DNA from: Eubacteriales bacterium
Lineage (GTDB): Bacteria; Bacillota; Clostridia; Oscillospirales; CAG-272
Length of the DNA stretch: 64,000 nt
Reading direction: 5' to 3'
NCBI GenBank assembly: GCA_045532805.1
Contig: JAZSGQ010000032.1
Span: 21,107-85,106, forward strand
Part shown: positions 38,311 through 47,953 of the stretch, in pieces
Layout of the letters: each line of letters starts with the position of its first letter
Position numbering within the stretch: position 1 is the stretch's first letter
The notes under the pieces: generated by a model
Database searches by the model: none
What the model was told of the DNA's origin: nothing
What the model saw: only the letters and a program-made list of their open reading frames with translations
Position numbers and translations under genes: made by a program

Positions 38311-39477
38311 CTAAATGATCAAAAAACCGTAAAATATTTCCCGAAACAAGTGGAAAAAATCTATTTTCTCTGCATTTTCCGACGAAGTGATGGGAACGCG
38401 GCCGATCTCGGTGCCGTTCAGGGTATAAACAAGATGGCCGACCTCGTCCCCTTGACACAGCGGTGCACAAAGCTCTAAGGGCAGCTCCACCTCACAGTTC
38501 ACGTTGCCCGTCTGCCCCTTGGGCACCGTGAGGCAAAGCCCCGACCATTCCACCTTGACACTGCGTTGATCTCCGCCGATCAGCGGCAACGTCCGAGTCC
38601 CCGACTCCGCGCGATACGTAGCGTAATTGGCAAAGCCAAAGTCCAAGAGTTTGGCGGCACTGGCGTTGCGGATATCGCGCGTTTCGGCGTCCATGATCAC
38701 ACAGATGAGTGACAGTCCGTCACGCTCGGCCGTGGCGCTGATGCAGAAGCCCGCACGCGAGGTAGAGCCCGTTTTCAGTCCCGTACAGCCCGGATAAAAG
38801 CGCACCAGGCGATTGGTATTGGTCAGACCGAACGCGCCGTCACGGATACTATCCATCCACGTACCGCTGTATTCCAACACCTTGGGATACGCGATAAGCG
38901 CACGCGACATGATGGCAATATCCCGCGCCGAGGTCACGTGATTCTCCACCGTATCGTCAAGGCCGTTGGTATTTTCAAAATGCGTACTGACCATGCCAAG
39001 TTCGGCGGCGCGCTCGTTCATCGCGCGCACAAAACTCTCCTCACTGCCCGCCACAAACTCGGCAAGCGCCACGGCGCAATCGTTGGCGGAGGCGATCACC
39101 ACACATTTGAGCATCTCCTCCACGGACATGCTCTCCCCTTCCTTGAGATAGACCTGCGAGCCGCCCATTCCCGCGGCTTTCGCACTCACGCTCACCATAT
39201 CCGTGAGCGCGATCTTCCCCGTGTCAATGGCCTCCATCACCAAGAGCAGTGTCATGATCTTCGTCACCGATGCGGGCGGCAGTGCCGCGTCCGCGTTCTG
39301 CTCGTACAGCACCGTACCCGTGGCGGCGTCCATCAGAATGGCGGAAGTACAGGGCAGTGCCATGCTTCCCTCCACGCCGTCCTCGGCTTCCTTGGCAAGG
39401 ACGCGCATCGGCATCATCACGATGAGCGCAAGCAAAAGGATCAGCGCCCGTTGATACAATCGTTTCAAAACAATCAC
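38311..39477 (-). CDS. D-alanyl-D-alanine carboxypeptidase (PBP5/DacB/DacF class serine peptidase)
   Basis: A signal peptide, SxxK (SVTKIMT), SxN (SAND) and KTG (KTGST) are all present. An alternative TTG start lies at 39468. Confidence 0.9.
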   Translation of the reverse strand: MIVLKRLYQRALILLLALIVMMPMRVLAKEAEDGVEGSMALPCTSAILMDAATGTVLYEQNADAALPPASVTKIMTLLLVMEAIDTGKIALTDMVSVSAKAAGMGGSQVYLKEGESMSVEEMLKCVVIASANDCAVALAEFVAGSEESFVRAMNERAAELGMVSTHFENTNGLDDTVENHVTSARDIAIMSRALIAYPKVLEYSGTWMDSIRDGAFGLTNTNRLVRFYPGCTGLKTGSTSRAGFCISATAERDGLSLICVIMDAETRDIRNASAAKLLDFGFANYATYRAESGTRTLPLIGGDQRSVKVEWSGLCLTVPKGQTGNVNCEVELPLELCAPLCQGDEVGHLVYTLNGTEIGRVPITSSENAEKIDFFHLFREIFYGFLII

Positions 39478-39513
39478 CCCCGATCAACTTTATGCCGATC
39501 GGGGGTTACAATA

Positions 39514-40548
39514 TTACTTTGTGCCAAATGCGTATACGGTGGTGTAGTCATAGACCTCACCCACGTCCAACACCGCGCAGGAGAGGTGCGGCTGATTGGG
39601 CGAGTCGGGCATTTTCTGCGTTTCCAGGCACACACCACCGTGCTTTTTTTGTGCGTGCCCCTTAAAGGGAAAGGCGTCGCCGCCCAGATGATTGCCCGTG
39701 TAGAGTTGAACGGCGGGCTGATTTGTATACATCTTCATCTCGCGGCCGCTTGCGGGATCGTACAACGTGCCGCGCCATACGGGCTCCTTCGTTTCCCCGC
39801 CCGTGAAATTGATGCAATGATCGTAGCCGTCCTCGGGCATACCGAGCCCGATTACCTTGTGTGCTCTGAAATCAAAGGGCGTGCCCGTCACGTCGGCGCG
39901 TTCCCCCGTGGGGATCTTGGTGTCATCAACGGGCAGATAGGTGTCGGCGTCCAGCGTCAATTCATGCGAGAGCGTATCCCCCGACGCAAGACCGCCGAGA
40001 TTGAAATAGGCGTGATTGGTGAGGTTGACCACCGTTTTACGGTCGGTGGTTGCCACGTAACGAATGGAAAGTGCATTGCATGCCGTGAGACGGTAGGTCA
40101 CGCACACGCAAAGCGTGCCGGGATACCCTTCCTCGCCGTCGGGGGAAGTATAGCGGAGTTCCAGTGCGGGCTCCTCGCCGTCGATCGGTGTGGGGCCCCA
40201 AAGACGGTGGTGGTAGCCGACGTTGCCGCCGTGCAGATGGTTCACGCCGTTGTTGGTGGCAAGGGTGTAGGTCCTGCCGTCCAGCACGAATCTGCCCCCC
40301 GCAATGCGGTTGCCAAAGCGCCCGATGAGCGCGCCGTGCTGACCGGGACAGCGGCAGTAACTTTCCAGATCGTCAAAGCCGCAGACAACGTCCGCGAGAT
40401 TGCCTTCTCTGTCGGGCACGATCAACTCCTGTATGGCACCGCCAAGCGTCAGGATCGACACGCGCATTCCTTGCGCATTTTCCATCGTATAACGATACAC
40501 GGCCTCGCCGTTCGGCATTTTGCCGAAATGCTCGCGTATAATACTCAT
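39514..40548 (-). CDS. galM: Aldose 1-epimerase (galactose mutarotase)
   Basis: The family pattern is present: GRFGNRIAGGRF, NNGVNHLHGG and NHAYFNL. The ATG at 40548 lies 6 nt after GGGAGG. Confidence 0.88.
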   Translation of the reverse strand: MSIIREHFGKMPNGEAVYRYTMENAQGMRVSILTLGGAIQELIVPDREGNLADVVCGFDDLESYCRCPGQHGALIGRFGNRIAGGRFVLDGRTYTLATNNGVNHLHGGNVGYHHRLWGPTPIDGEEPALELRYTSPDGEEGYPGTLCVCVTYRLTACNALSIRYVATTDRKTVVNLTNHAYFNLGGLASGDTLSHELTLDADTYLPVDDTKIPTGERADVTGTPFDFRAHKVIGLGMPEDGYDHCINFTGGETKEPVWRGTLYDPASGREMKMYTNQPAVQLYTGNHLGGDAFPFKGHAQKKHGGVCLETQKMPDSPNQPHLSCAVLDVGEVYDYTTVYAFGTK

Positions 40549-40620
40549 CATAAACCTCCCGTCGAAGTTCTCCTGCAACCATTATACTGAAGTTTTTTCT
40601 CCCTGTCAAGCGAAAACCTC

Positions 40621-40649
40621 TTGACATTTTTGGTGAGATATGATATATT
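40621..40649 (+). promoter_or_regulatory. Near-consensus sigma-A promoter of the Crp/Fnr-family regulator gene
   Basis: It reads TTGACA, 17 nt, TATATT, with an extended TGa at 40641-40643. Confidence 0.65.
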
Positions 40650-40652
40650 TAT

Positions 40653-40672
40653 TTTGTCCCAAATGAGACAAA
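40653..40672. promoter_or_regulatory. Perfect inverted repeat TTTGTC-N8-GACAAA between the -10 box and the RBS (candidate operator or 5'-UTR hairpin)
   Basis: The repeat is read directly from the sequence. It lies where the transcription start of the promoter above is expected. Confidence 0.35.
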
Positions 40673-40682
40673 CGGAGGTTTT

Positions 40683-41345
40683 ATGCAACAAAACGAGATC
40701 CTTGCGGTACTGTGCCGTATTCCCCTGTTCGCCACGACCGACAAGGCCGTGCTTGCCGACGTACTGGCGCAGGAAGGCGCCACACTGCAAACGGCAAAGT
40801 GCGGTGAACAGATCGGTGCGGACGATCGCCGCGCACTGGGCATACTCTTATCGGGCAGGGCGCAGATCCGATCCGCCGACACGGAAAAAGCCGTCATTTT
40901 GCGCACGGTAAGCGCGGGCGAAATCTTTGACGCCGCCGCACTGTTTCTTGACAATACACCCCCCATGTCACACATCACGGCAGACACGGCATGCACCGCG
41001 CTCTTCCTTGACGTCGCACTGGTACGCACGCTGATGACGCGCTCTGCCGCGTTTCTTGACGCGTACCTTGCGTTTCTCGCGGGTCGCGTGCAGTTCCTCA
41101 ACCAGAAGATCCGTTGCTTCACCGCGGGCAGTGCCGAGCGCCGCCTTGCGTGCTGGCTCCTTGCTGAATGCAAGGAGGGCGAAACGGTGACCGTATCACT
41201 CACCGCACTTGCCGACATACTGGATATCGGACGCGCCTCGCTCTACCGCTCTCTGGACAAACTGGAGGCCGACGGCGTGATCCGCCACAACGGACGGAGC
41301 ATCACACTGCTTTTGCCACAAGCACTTCTTCACGACACCCAATAA
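40683..41345 (+). CDS. Crp/Fnr family transcriptional regulator
   Basis: A 220-aa ORF with an N-terminal cNMP-binding-like beta-roll (IPLFATTDKAVL... GEIFD) and a C-terminal HTH (LADILDIGRASLYRSLDKLEADGVI). Confidence 0.85.
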   Translation: MQQNEILAVLCRIPLFATTDKAVLADVLAQEGATLQTAKCGEQIGADDRRALGILLSGRAQIRSADTEKAVILRTVSAGEIFDAAALFLDNTPPMSHITADTACTALFLDVALVRTLMTRSAAFLDAYLAFLAGRVQFLNQKIRCFTAGSAERRLACWLLAECKEGETVTVSLTALADILDIGRASLYRSLDKLEADGVIRHNGRSITLLLPQALLHDTQ

Positions 41346-41362
41346 AGAAAGGAATATATACC

Positions 41363-42343
41363 ATGAAACGCATCATTTCCCTTGTTCTCCTGTTCACTCT
41401 TGTGCTCACGCTGCCCCTTTTTGCCGCGTGCAACAAGGACTATGACGCCGAACTCGACGTGCGCGTCTGGACGCTCAACGGCACCACGGGCTTCGGTATG
41501 GCGCCCCTGATCCAGAACGACAAGGACGGTAACGCCGCTTTGAACTACACCTTCACCGTGGAAACCGATGCCACCAACGTGCGCGATGCCATCATCAACG
41601 GCACTGCCGACATCGGCGCGGTGCCCACCAACGTCGCAAGCGCCCTGTACAACGCAACGGACGGCAACGTCGTACTGCTTGCCATCAACACGCGCGGCGT
41701 GCTTTATCTGGTTGCCAACACGGCCAAGGTCACGGCACCCACCTCGCTTGCCGACCTTGCGGGCAAGACGGTTTACTGCCCCGCACAGAACCCCACCTTC
41801 ATCACCAAGGCACTCCTTGACAAGGCCGCCGTGGCAGACGTGACGCTGAATAGCACCACCTACGCAAAGCCCGCCGACCTGCAGGCAGCCGTGGCACAGG
41901 GACTGGTGGATTACGCCGTATTGCCCGAGCCGATGGTGACGATTGCCAAGGCCTCTGCCACCGAGGGTGTGACCGTGACCTCTGCCCTTGACATCACCGT
42001 CGAGTGGGATAAGCACTTTACCGAAGGGTCTCTTGTACAGGGTTGTGTTGTTGCCCGCAAAGAATTTGTGGAGCAGCACCCGAACGAGGTTGCCAAGTTC
42101 CTTGAAGAATACGAGGCATCGCTGAATTACGTGACCGAGAATCCCGCCGAAGCCGCAGGCATGATCGTTTCCGCAGAGATCTTTGCAAAGGAAGCCGTGG
42201 CGAAAAACGCGATTCCGAAGTGCAATCTCACCTTTATGACGGGGGCTGATATGAAGACTGCTATGGCCGAGTTCCTTGCCGCGATGCCCAAGACGTCGAT
42301 CGGTGGCGCTCTGCCCGCCGATGACTTCTATTACGGCGCATAA
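41363..42343 (+). CDS. ABC transporter substrate-binding lipoprotein (NMT1/THI5-like, NitT/TauT family)
   Basis: The ATG at 41363 gives MKRIISLVLLFTLVLTLPLFAAC, with the lipobox FAAC. Everything upstream of it in the track ORF is an Arg/Thr-rich artefact. Confidence 0.85.
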   Translation: MKRIISLVLLFTLVLTLPLFAACNKDYDAELDVRVWTLNGTTGFGMAPLIQNDKDGNAALNYTFTVETDATNVRDAIINGTADIGAVPTNVASALYNATDGNVVLLAINTRGVLYLVANTAKVTAPTSLADLAGKTVYCPAQNPTFITKALLDKAAVADVTLNSTTYAKPADLQAAVAQGLVDYAVLPEPMVTIAKASATEGVTVTSALDITVEWDKHFTEGSLVQGCVVARKEFVEQHPNEVAKFLEEYEASLNYVTENPAEAAGMIVSAEIFAKEAVAKNAIPKCNLTFMTGADMKTAMAEFLAAMPKTSIGGALPADDFYYGA

Positions 42344-42350
42344 TGGCATA

Positions 42351-43133
42351 ATGAAGAAACTTTCCTTGCCGAAATGGGCCTATCCACTGCTTTCGATCTG
42401 CTTTTGGATAGGCCTGTGGTGGCTGATCGCGGGGCTGTACGGCAAGCCGCTGTTGCTCCCCACGCCGATCGCCATGCTGAAAGCCCTCGGGCGGCTTGCC
42501 GCTGACGGCGCGTTTTATCTCGCGCTCGGCGCTTCCCTTGTTCGCATTGTGATCGGCATTTCGCTCGCGCTCCTTTGCGGCACGCTACTGGCCGTGCTGA
42601 CCTATAACAGTCGCCTTGCGCACCAGTTGTTTTCCCCACTGCTCACGCTCTTCAAGGCTACACCCGTGGCATCGGTCATTTTCCTGATGCTCCTTTGGAT
42701 CGGCAGGAACGGTGTACCGCTGGTGATCGCCTTTATGATGGCGCTCCCGATCGTCTGGAGCAACGTGCAGGAGGGTCTGCGCTCCACCGACCGCGCTCTT
42801 CTGGAAATGGCACACGTCTTCCGCGTGCCTCGTCGCCGCGTATTTTTCGGCATTCGTCTGCCATCGCTCACGCCGTATTTTCTCGCGGCGGTGCGCTCTG
42901 CCGTGGCACTGGCCTGGAAAGCGGGCATTGCCGCAGAGGTGCTTTGCGTGCCCGAACGCTCGATCGGCAAAGCCATTTACGAGGGGAAATTGTATCTGCT
43001 CACGGACGAATTGTTTGCCTGGACCTTTATCGTGGTCGTGATCAGTATGCTGATCGAATGGTTGGCCTTGTTCCTCTTTGACCGCGCCCAAAAGCAAAGA
43101 TCCGTTACCACAGAAAAGGAGGTGCGCGCATGA
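42351..43133 (+). CDS. ABC transporter permease (NitT/TauT family)
   Basis: A polytopic protein with an EAA-like loop (LLEMAHVFRVPRRRVFFGIRLP). It overlaps the ATPase gene by 4 nt. Confidence 0.88.
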   Translation: MKKLSLPKWAYPLLSICFWIGLWWLIAGLYGKPLLLPTPIAMLKALGRLAADGAFYLALGASLVRIVIGISLALLCGTLLAVLTYNSRLAHQLFSPLLTLFKATPVASVIFLMLLWIGRNGVPLVIAFMMALPIVWSNVQEGLRSTDRALLEMAHVFRVPRRRVFFGIRLPSLTPYFLAAVRSAVALAWKAGIAAEVLCVPERSIGKAIYEGKLYLLTDELFAWTFIVVVISMLIEWLALFLFDRAQKQRSVTTEKEVRA

Positions 43134-43735
43134 TCTCACTGCAAAACATCACGCATCGCTATGACGGTCACACCGTGATCGACAACCTTTCCTTTTCCTT
43201 TCCCGAAACGGGGATCGTGGCGCTGATGGGACGGTCGGGACTCGGCAAGACCACGCTTCTTCGATTGCTCGCGGGCTTGGAAACCCCGGGCGAAGGCAGG
43301 ATCATAAACACCTATCAAAAAACGGCAGTTGCGTTTCAGGAATCTCGCCTGATTCCGTGGCTCGATTGCGAGAAAAACATAACATTCGTTCTATCGGGAG
43401 AAAACGAGAGTTCCAAAGTGGCACAAGACCTTCTGAGCGCCTTTGAGTTGGACACATACAAAAATGCCCTTCCGGGCGCCCTTTCGGGCGGCATGAAGCA
43501 ACGTGTTTCCTTGGCGCGGGCGCTCGCTACACGCGCTGATCTTCTCCTTTTGGACGAGCCTTTCTCAGCCCTGGACGATGCACTCAAATCACGTGTGATA
43601 CCACTGATACAAACCGCCAATCCCGACGGTCTTACCGTGATCGTCACACACGATATAGAAGAGGCACACGCTCTCGGCGCCACGGTCCTTTCCCTTGACG
43701 GCGATCCCGTAAATGCTCTCTTACCCAGTCAATAA
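43130..43735 (+). CDS. ABC transporter ATP-binding protein (NitT/TauT family)
   Basis: Walker A GRSGLGKTTLL, signature LSGGMKQRVSLARAL, Walker B LLLLDEPFSALD. Confidence 0.9.
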   Translation: MISLQNITHRYDGHTVIDNLSFSFPETGIVALMGRSGLGKTTLLRLLAGLETPGEGRIINTYQKTAVAFQESRLIPWLDCEKNITFVLSGENESSKVAQDLLSAFELDTYKNALPGALSGGMKQRVSLARALATRADLLLLDEPFSALDDALKSRVIPLIQTANPDGLTVIVTHDIEEAHALGATVLSLDGDPVNALLPSQ

Positions 43736-43736
43736 G

Positions 43737-43765
43737 AAAAGCACCTGTCAGTGACAGGTGCTTTT
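43737..43765. terminator. Bidirectional intrinsic terminator (ABC operon / sigG)
   Basis: A near-perfect palindrome, aaaagcacctgtca-g-tgacaggtgctttt. Confidence 0.85.
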
Positions 43766-43766
43766 C

Positions 43767-44540
43767 TTATATCTGGGAGCGGATACGTGCGAGGGCCCCT
43801 TTTTCCAGGCGCGAGACCTGCGCTTGTGAGATGCCGATGCTTTGCGCGATCTCCATCTGCGTTTTGTTGCGGTAAAAGCGCATCTCGATGATCTTGCGCT
43901 CGCGCTCGGACAGGCGGTTCATTGCATCGCGCAACGCGATGTTGTCGATCCAGTGCTCGTCCTCGGCAGAGGTGTCGCTGAGTTGATCCATCACGTAGAT
44001 CGAGTCCCCGTTTTCGCTGTAAACGGGCTCGTAGAGCGAGATCGGCTCGATGATCGCTTCCATGGCGCGCACTACCGCCTCCTTCTCTTCTCCAAGGCGT
44101 GCCGCAATGTCCTCGGCCGTGGGCTCGTATTCCCGTTCTCTTGTCAGTTCCTCGCGCGCTTGCAGAGCACGATAGGCAAGATCCCGCACGGATCGGCTGA
44201 TACGAATGGAATTGTTGTCACGCAGATAGCGACGGATCTCGCCGATGATCATAGGAACGGCGTACGTGGAAAATTTGACGTCCAGCGCCAGATTGAAATT
44301 ATCCACCGCCTTCACAAGGCCGATGCAACCGACCTGGAACAGATCGTCCGCGTTCTCGCGCCGCCCCGAAAAGCGCTGAATGATACTGAGGACAAGGCGC
44401 AAATTGCCATAGATCAGCTCGTCGCGCGCCGCACTGTCCCCTGCCTTACTGCGCTCCAGTAACGTGCGTTTTTCCTCATCGGACAGGACTTTCAGTTTTG
44501 CGGTATTGACACCGCATATTTCCACCTTATTATAGTACAT
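43767..44540 (-). CDS. sigG: RNA polymerase sporulation sigma factor SigG (forespore, late)
   Basis: It is collinear with B. subtilis SigG as I remember it: NKVEICGVNTAKLKVL, GNLRLVLSIIQRF, DDLFQVGCIGLVKAVDNF, KFSTYAVPMIIGEIRRYLRDNNSIRISRS. SigF cannot be fully excluded by eye. Confidence 0.85.
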   Translation of the reverse strand: MYYNKVEICGVNTAKLKVLSDEEKRTLLERSKAGDSAARDELIYGNLRLVLSIIQRFSGRRENADDLFQVGCIGLVKAVDNFNLALDVKFSTYAVPMIIGEIRRYLRDNNSIRISRSVRDLAYRALQAREELTREREYEPTAEDIAARLGEEKEAVVRAMEAIIEPISLYEPVYSENGDSIYVMDQLSDTSAEDEHWIDNIALRDAMNRLSERERKIIEMRFYRNKTQMEIAQSIGISQAQVSRLEKGALARIRSQI

Positions 44541-44567
44541 CCCGGCCTCCTGTTTTTTCTTGAAAAC

Positions 44568-44597
44568 AGTATTGACCGGGATGCTTCTGACCTATTC
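44568..44597 (-). promoter_or_regulatory. Candidate forespore-type (sigma-F/sigma-G-like) promoter upstream of sigG
   Basis: On the minus strand it reads GAATA, 15 nt, GGTCAATAC. The B. subtilis sigma-F consensus as I remember it is GCATR-15-GGHRARHTX, so the match is partial only. Confidence 0.3.
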
Positions 44598-44621
44598 AAA
44601 AAAGCGCGTTAGAAAAAAGTG

Positions 44622-44834
44622 TCAATCACCGATATAGCGAAAGCGCGGCACACGCTCGCCGCAGTGCACGACCTCTTCTTGCCACATGGCAAGCGGGCGC
44701 ACCCACAGTTCCCCTTCGCCGTACAGTGCGCGGTATACCACGAGATCCTCCATTGTTTCCGAATGATGGGCAATGCCCAGGACCTCATATTCTCCGCCCT
44801 TGAAATGGCGATATTTTCCGAGTTTTACTGACAT
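44622..44834 (-). CDS. DUF1653 domain protein
   Basis: A 70-aa ORF containing [34 protein letters not shown], the typical DUF1653 core. It overlaps the folD stop. Confidence 0.8.
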   Translation of the reverse strand: MSVKLGKYRHFKGGEYEVLGIAHHSETMEDLVVYRALYGEGELWVRPLAMWQEEVVHCGERVPRFRYIGD

Positions 44835-45685
44835 TGCTTCACCGCCGCCGTGAGCGTGTTCTGCATCAGCATGGCAATCGTCATAGGACCGACGCCGCCG
44901 GGAACGGGCGTGATCGCCGAGGTGTGCGGCGCTACGTCGTCAAACTTCACGTCGCCGCAAAGCGTGCCGTCCGCACGGCGATTGATGCCCACGTCGATCA
45001 CTACGGCGCCTTCCTTGACAAAGGAAGCGTCAAAGAATTCGGGCTTGCCGATGGCGGCAATGAGGATATCCGCACGGCGGCAGACCTCGCGAAGATCTCT
45101 GGTGCGGCTGTGACACACGGTCACCGTGCCGTTGGCTTGCAACAATAGCATTGCCTGCGGCTTGCCCACGATATTGGAGCGACCGACCACCACACACTCC
45201 TTGCCCAAGATCTCCACATTACTGCGGCGGAGCAGTTCCATCACGCCCGCGGGCGTGCAGGGCAAAAAATCGTAATTGCCGATCATGATCTTGCCCACGT
45301 TAAAGGGGTGGAAGGCGTCCACGTCCTTACAAGGGTCAATGGCAAGCAGGATCTTTTCCTCATTCAAATGCGCGGGGAGCGGCAGTTGCACGAGGATCCC
45401 GTGCACGGCCGTGTCGCGATTGAGTTTGTCGATGAGCGAGAGCAACTCCTCCTCGGTGGTGGTAGCGGGCAATTCATAGCCAAACGAGGCAAACCCCACC
45501 TCCTCGCAGGCGCGGTGCTTATTGCGCACGTACACGCGCGAGGCGGGATCCTCGCCCACGATCACCACGGCAAGACCCGGGACAATGCCCCGCTCGGCCT
45601 TCAGTGCGCTCGTTTTTTCCGCGATTTCGGCGCGGATCTGTGCGGAAATGGCTTTTCCGTCGATAATATGCGGCATATCCGTCAC
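44825..45685 (-). CDS. folD: Bifunctional methylenetetrahydrofolate dehydrogenase (NADP+) / methenyltetrahydrofolate cyclohydrolase
   Basis: Contains [35 protein letters not shown] and [10 protein letters not shown]. Confidence 0.95.
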   Translation of the reverse strand: MTDMPHIIDGKAISAQIRAEIAEKTSALKAERGIVPGLAVVIVGEDPASRVYVRNKHRACEEVGFASFGYELPATTTEEELLSLIDKLNRDTAVHGILVQLPLPAHLNEEKILLAIDPCKDVDAFHPFNVGKIMIGNYDFLPCTPAGVMELLRRSNVEILGKECVVVGRSNIVGKPQAMLLLQANGTVTVCHSRTRDLREVCRRADILIAAIGKPEFFDASFVKEGAVVIDVGINRRADGTLCGDVKFDDVAPHTSAITPVPGGVGPMTIAMLMQNTLTAAVKQCQ

Positions 45686-46662
45686 TCCTTTTCTTGCCCG
45701 TCGGCGGTGTCCTGTTCGTTTACAGTATCGCCCTGGGCTACGGTGTCGCTCTCGGCCTTATCGCTCCGAGCGAAAAGGCGCAGGCCCAAGCCGCGCGTTT
45801 TCTCATACACGGGCGCATAACCCTCGGTGTCCAAGGAAAGGCGCTTGGCGCGCACAAGGAAGACTACAAGGAGCGCCGTGCAGATCACGAAGCAAAGGAA
45901 GCCGACGACCTGTGAGATGCGGAACACGCCGATATACAAACTGTCGGTTCTCATACCCTCGATGAACATACGGCCAAAACCGTACCACGCGAGGTACATA
46001 AGCAATACCTGACCGTCAAACTTCTTTTTTCTGTAAAGCAGATTGATCAGCACAAAGCCCAAAAGATTCCACAGCGACTCGTAAAGGAACGTGGGGTGGT
46101 AGTACACCATACGGTTTCTCTCCCACAGCCCCATGCGCAAGAAGAAATCCTCTGCCGTTTCGTAGCCGTGTGCTTCCCCGTTCATAAAATTGCCCCAACG
46201 GCCGATGATCTGCCCCAGCATCACACCGGGCGCGACCATATCGCACACCTTGAGCAGTTTCTGTTTGGAATACTTCTTGAAATAACTGATCAGCACCACT
46301 GAAATAGCACCGCCGATGATCGCGCCGTAAATGGCGATACCGCCCTCCCAGATGGCGATCACGTCAAGAAAACTGTGATAATTCCAGTTGCCGCTTGCAT
46401 CCTTGAGCGTTGTGAGCACGAAATAGGCACGCGCACCGATCACGGCAAGCAGGACCGTCCAGATGGTGAAATCCAGCACGTCGTCGGTGGATACACCCTC
46501 CTCGCGGGAACGGTAGAGCGCGTAAAGCACGCCCGCCACGATGCCAAGCGTGAGAATGATGCCATACCAGCGCACACTGATATTGCCGATCGAAAAGGCA
46601 ACCTTGTCTACGGTAAAGGGATCAATACCGATACCGGGAAAGGAAATGGTAACCTCAGTCAT
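45682..46662 (-). CDS. lgt: Prolipoprotein diacylglyceryl transferase, with an acidic C-terminal tail of about 55 aa
   Basis: It has the [10 protein letters not shown] signature and is polytopic. The ATG at 46662 ([12 protein letters not shown]) has AGGAGG upstream, and the start overlaps the M16 gene's stop by 8 nt. Confidence 0.92.
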   Translation of the reverse strand: MTEVTISFPGIGIDPFTVDKVAFSIGNISVRWYGIILTLGIVAGVLYALYRSREEGVSTDDVLDFTIWTVLLAVIGARAYFVLTTLKDASGNWNYHSFLDVIAIWEGGIAIYGAIIGGAISVVLISYFKKYSKQKLLKVCDMVAPGVMLGQIIGRWGNFMNGEAHGYETAEDFFLRMGLWERNRMVYYHPTFLYESLWNLLGFVLINLLYRKKKFDGQVLLMYLAWYGFGRMFIEGMRTDSLYIGVFRISQVVGFLCFVICTALLVVFLVRAKRLSLDTEGYAPVYEKTRGLGLRLFARSDKAESDTVAQGDTVNEQDTADGQEKE

Positions 46663-47953
46663 GATATCCTCCTTCTTCTTGTGGGCGTACCACGGATAAC
46701 GTGAAGCACGCGGGATCAAAAAATTTCCGGAACAGTTGCTCCGCCTCCTCAAAAGTCACGCCGCGGATCACGTCAGCGTAGGAGAAGATTTCCGCACCCT
46801 CGAAGAGAAACGCCACCAGATTGTCGGCGATCTCCTCCGTGGAGTCAAAACTCTTGATGTATTCGGCAAACTGAATGCGTCGACAACGCTCAAATTCCTC
46901 GCGCGAGAGTCCTTCGCTTGCCATCTTGTCAAGATAGGCGCGGATCTCCTCCAGCACGCGGGAGGGCTCCTCCGACTCGCCCGACAAACGCAAAAAGCCG
47001 AAATCGCGGCTGAGCGAATAGCCAAAGGAAAACTCGGGGGAAATGAGCCCCTCGTCAAACAGACGGTTGTACAACTCGCCCGTATCGCCAAACAGCAGTT
47101 CCGAAAGGATCTCCATCACGGCACTGCGGCGCGTGCAGGCATCGGCATCGGCAGGAACACCCTTGTCTTTGATACCAATAGCGAAAATGGGCTTTGCCAC
47201 CTGGCCGCGTACCGTTGTCTCTCTCGCACACACCTCTCCCCGCTCGCACACAACACGGCGCGGTACCGCACGGGCGGTGCGCTCACGTGCAAGACACGCG
47301 TCTGCCACGCGGATCACGGTGTCGGGCTCGACGTCGCCGCATACCACAAGCGCCATATTCTCGGGCACGTAGTACGTGCCGTACGCCTCGTAGAGTTCTT
47401 GCGGCGTGATAGCCGCCACCGAACGCTCCGAACCGCAGATATCCACGCGCACGGGGTGCTCACGGTAAAGCCCTGCCAACATATTACGATAGCAACGGTC
47501 GTAAGGATCGTCGCGGCACATACGGATCTCCTCTGCAATGATCCTCTGCTCCTTTTTGACCGATCCCTCGGTAAACCACGGGTGCGTGGTAAAGGTCAGG
47601 AGTTCCGCGAGCGACTCCTCGAAGCGCTCGGTACAGGAGAACAGATAGACCGTACGGGTGTGCGCGGTGTAGGCGTTGGCATCGGCGCCAAACGCGGCAA
47701 AGCGCTCAAAGGAATCACTACCGTCCTCGTTGGCAAACAACTTGTGCTCCAGGAAATGCGCCACGCCGTCATGGAATGGGTGCGCGCCCGCATCGTCGGC
47801 ACTGTTGTCCACCGATCCGAATTTCACCGCGAGCATCGCGTAGGTGGTGGACATCTTTTTGGGAAATACGTAAACAGGCAGACCGCACGCGTGTACGGTC
47901 TTGTAGTAGCGCTCGCCAAGGAGCGCGCTTTCATACATCGTCCATGCGCTCAT
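46655..47953 (-). CDS. M16 family (pitrilysin-like) zinc peptidase, catalytic subunit
   Basis: The inverted zincin motif HFLEH (HxxEH) is present near the N-terminus. The ORF is 432 aa. Confidence 0.88.
   Translation of the reverse strand: MSAWTMYESALLGERYYKTVHACGLPVYVFPKKMSTTYAMLAVKFGSVDNSADDAGAHPFHDGVAHFLEHKLFANEDGSDSFERFAAFGADANAYTAHTRTVYLFSCTERFEESLAELLTFTTHPWFTEGSVKKEQRIIAEEIRMCRDDPYDRCYRNMLAGLYREHPVRVDICGSERSVAAITPQELYEAYGTYYVPENMALVVCGDVEPDTVIRVADACLARERTARAVPRRVVCERGEVCARETTVRGQVAKPIFAIGIKDKGVPADADACTRRSAVMEILSELLFGDTGELYNRLFDEGLISPEFSFGYSLSRDFGFLRLSGESEEPSRVLEEIRAYLDKMASEGLSREEFERCRRIQFAEYIKSFDSTEEIADNLVAFLFEGAEIFSYADVIRGVTFEEAEQLFRKFFDPACFTLSVVRPQEEGGYHD

Noticed and set aside
41168-41362. 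N-terminal extensions implied by the longest-ORF coordinates in the track (41168, 42276, 50148, 46752, 18970, 30299, 38260, 3712, 10279, 26896, 40578).
   Set aside because: In each case an internal ATG or GTG with a properly spaced GGAGG-type RBS gives the family-typical N-terminus or signal peptide. The extension overlaps the neighbouring gene or translates to Arg/Pro-rich nonsense.
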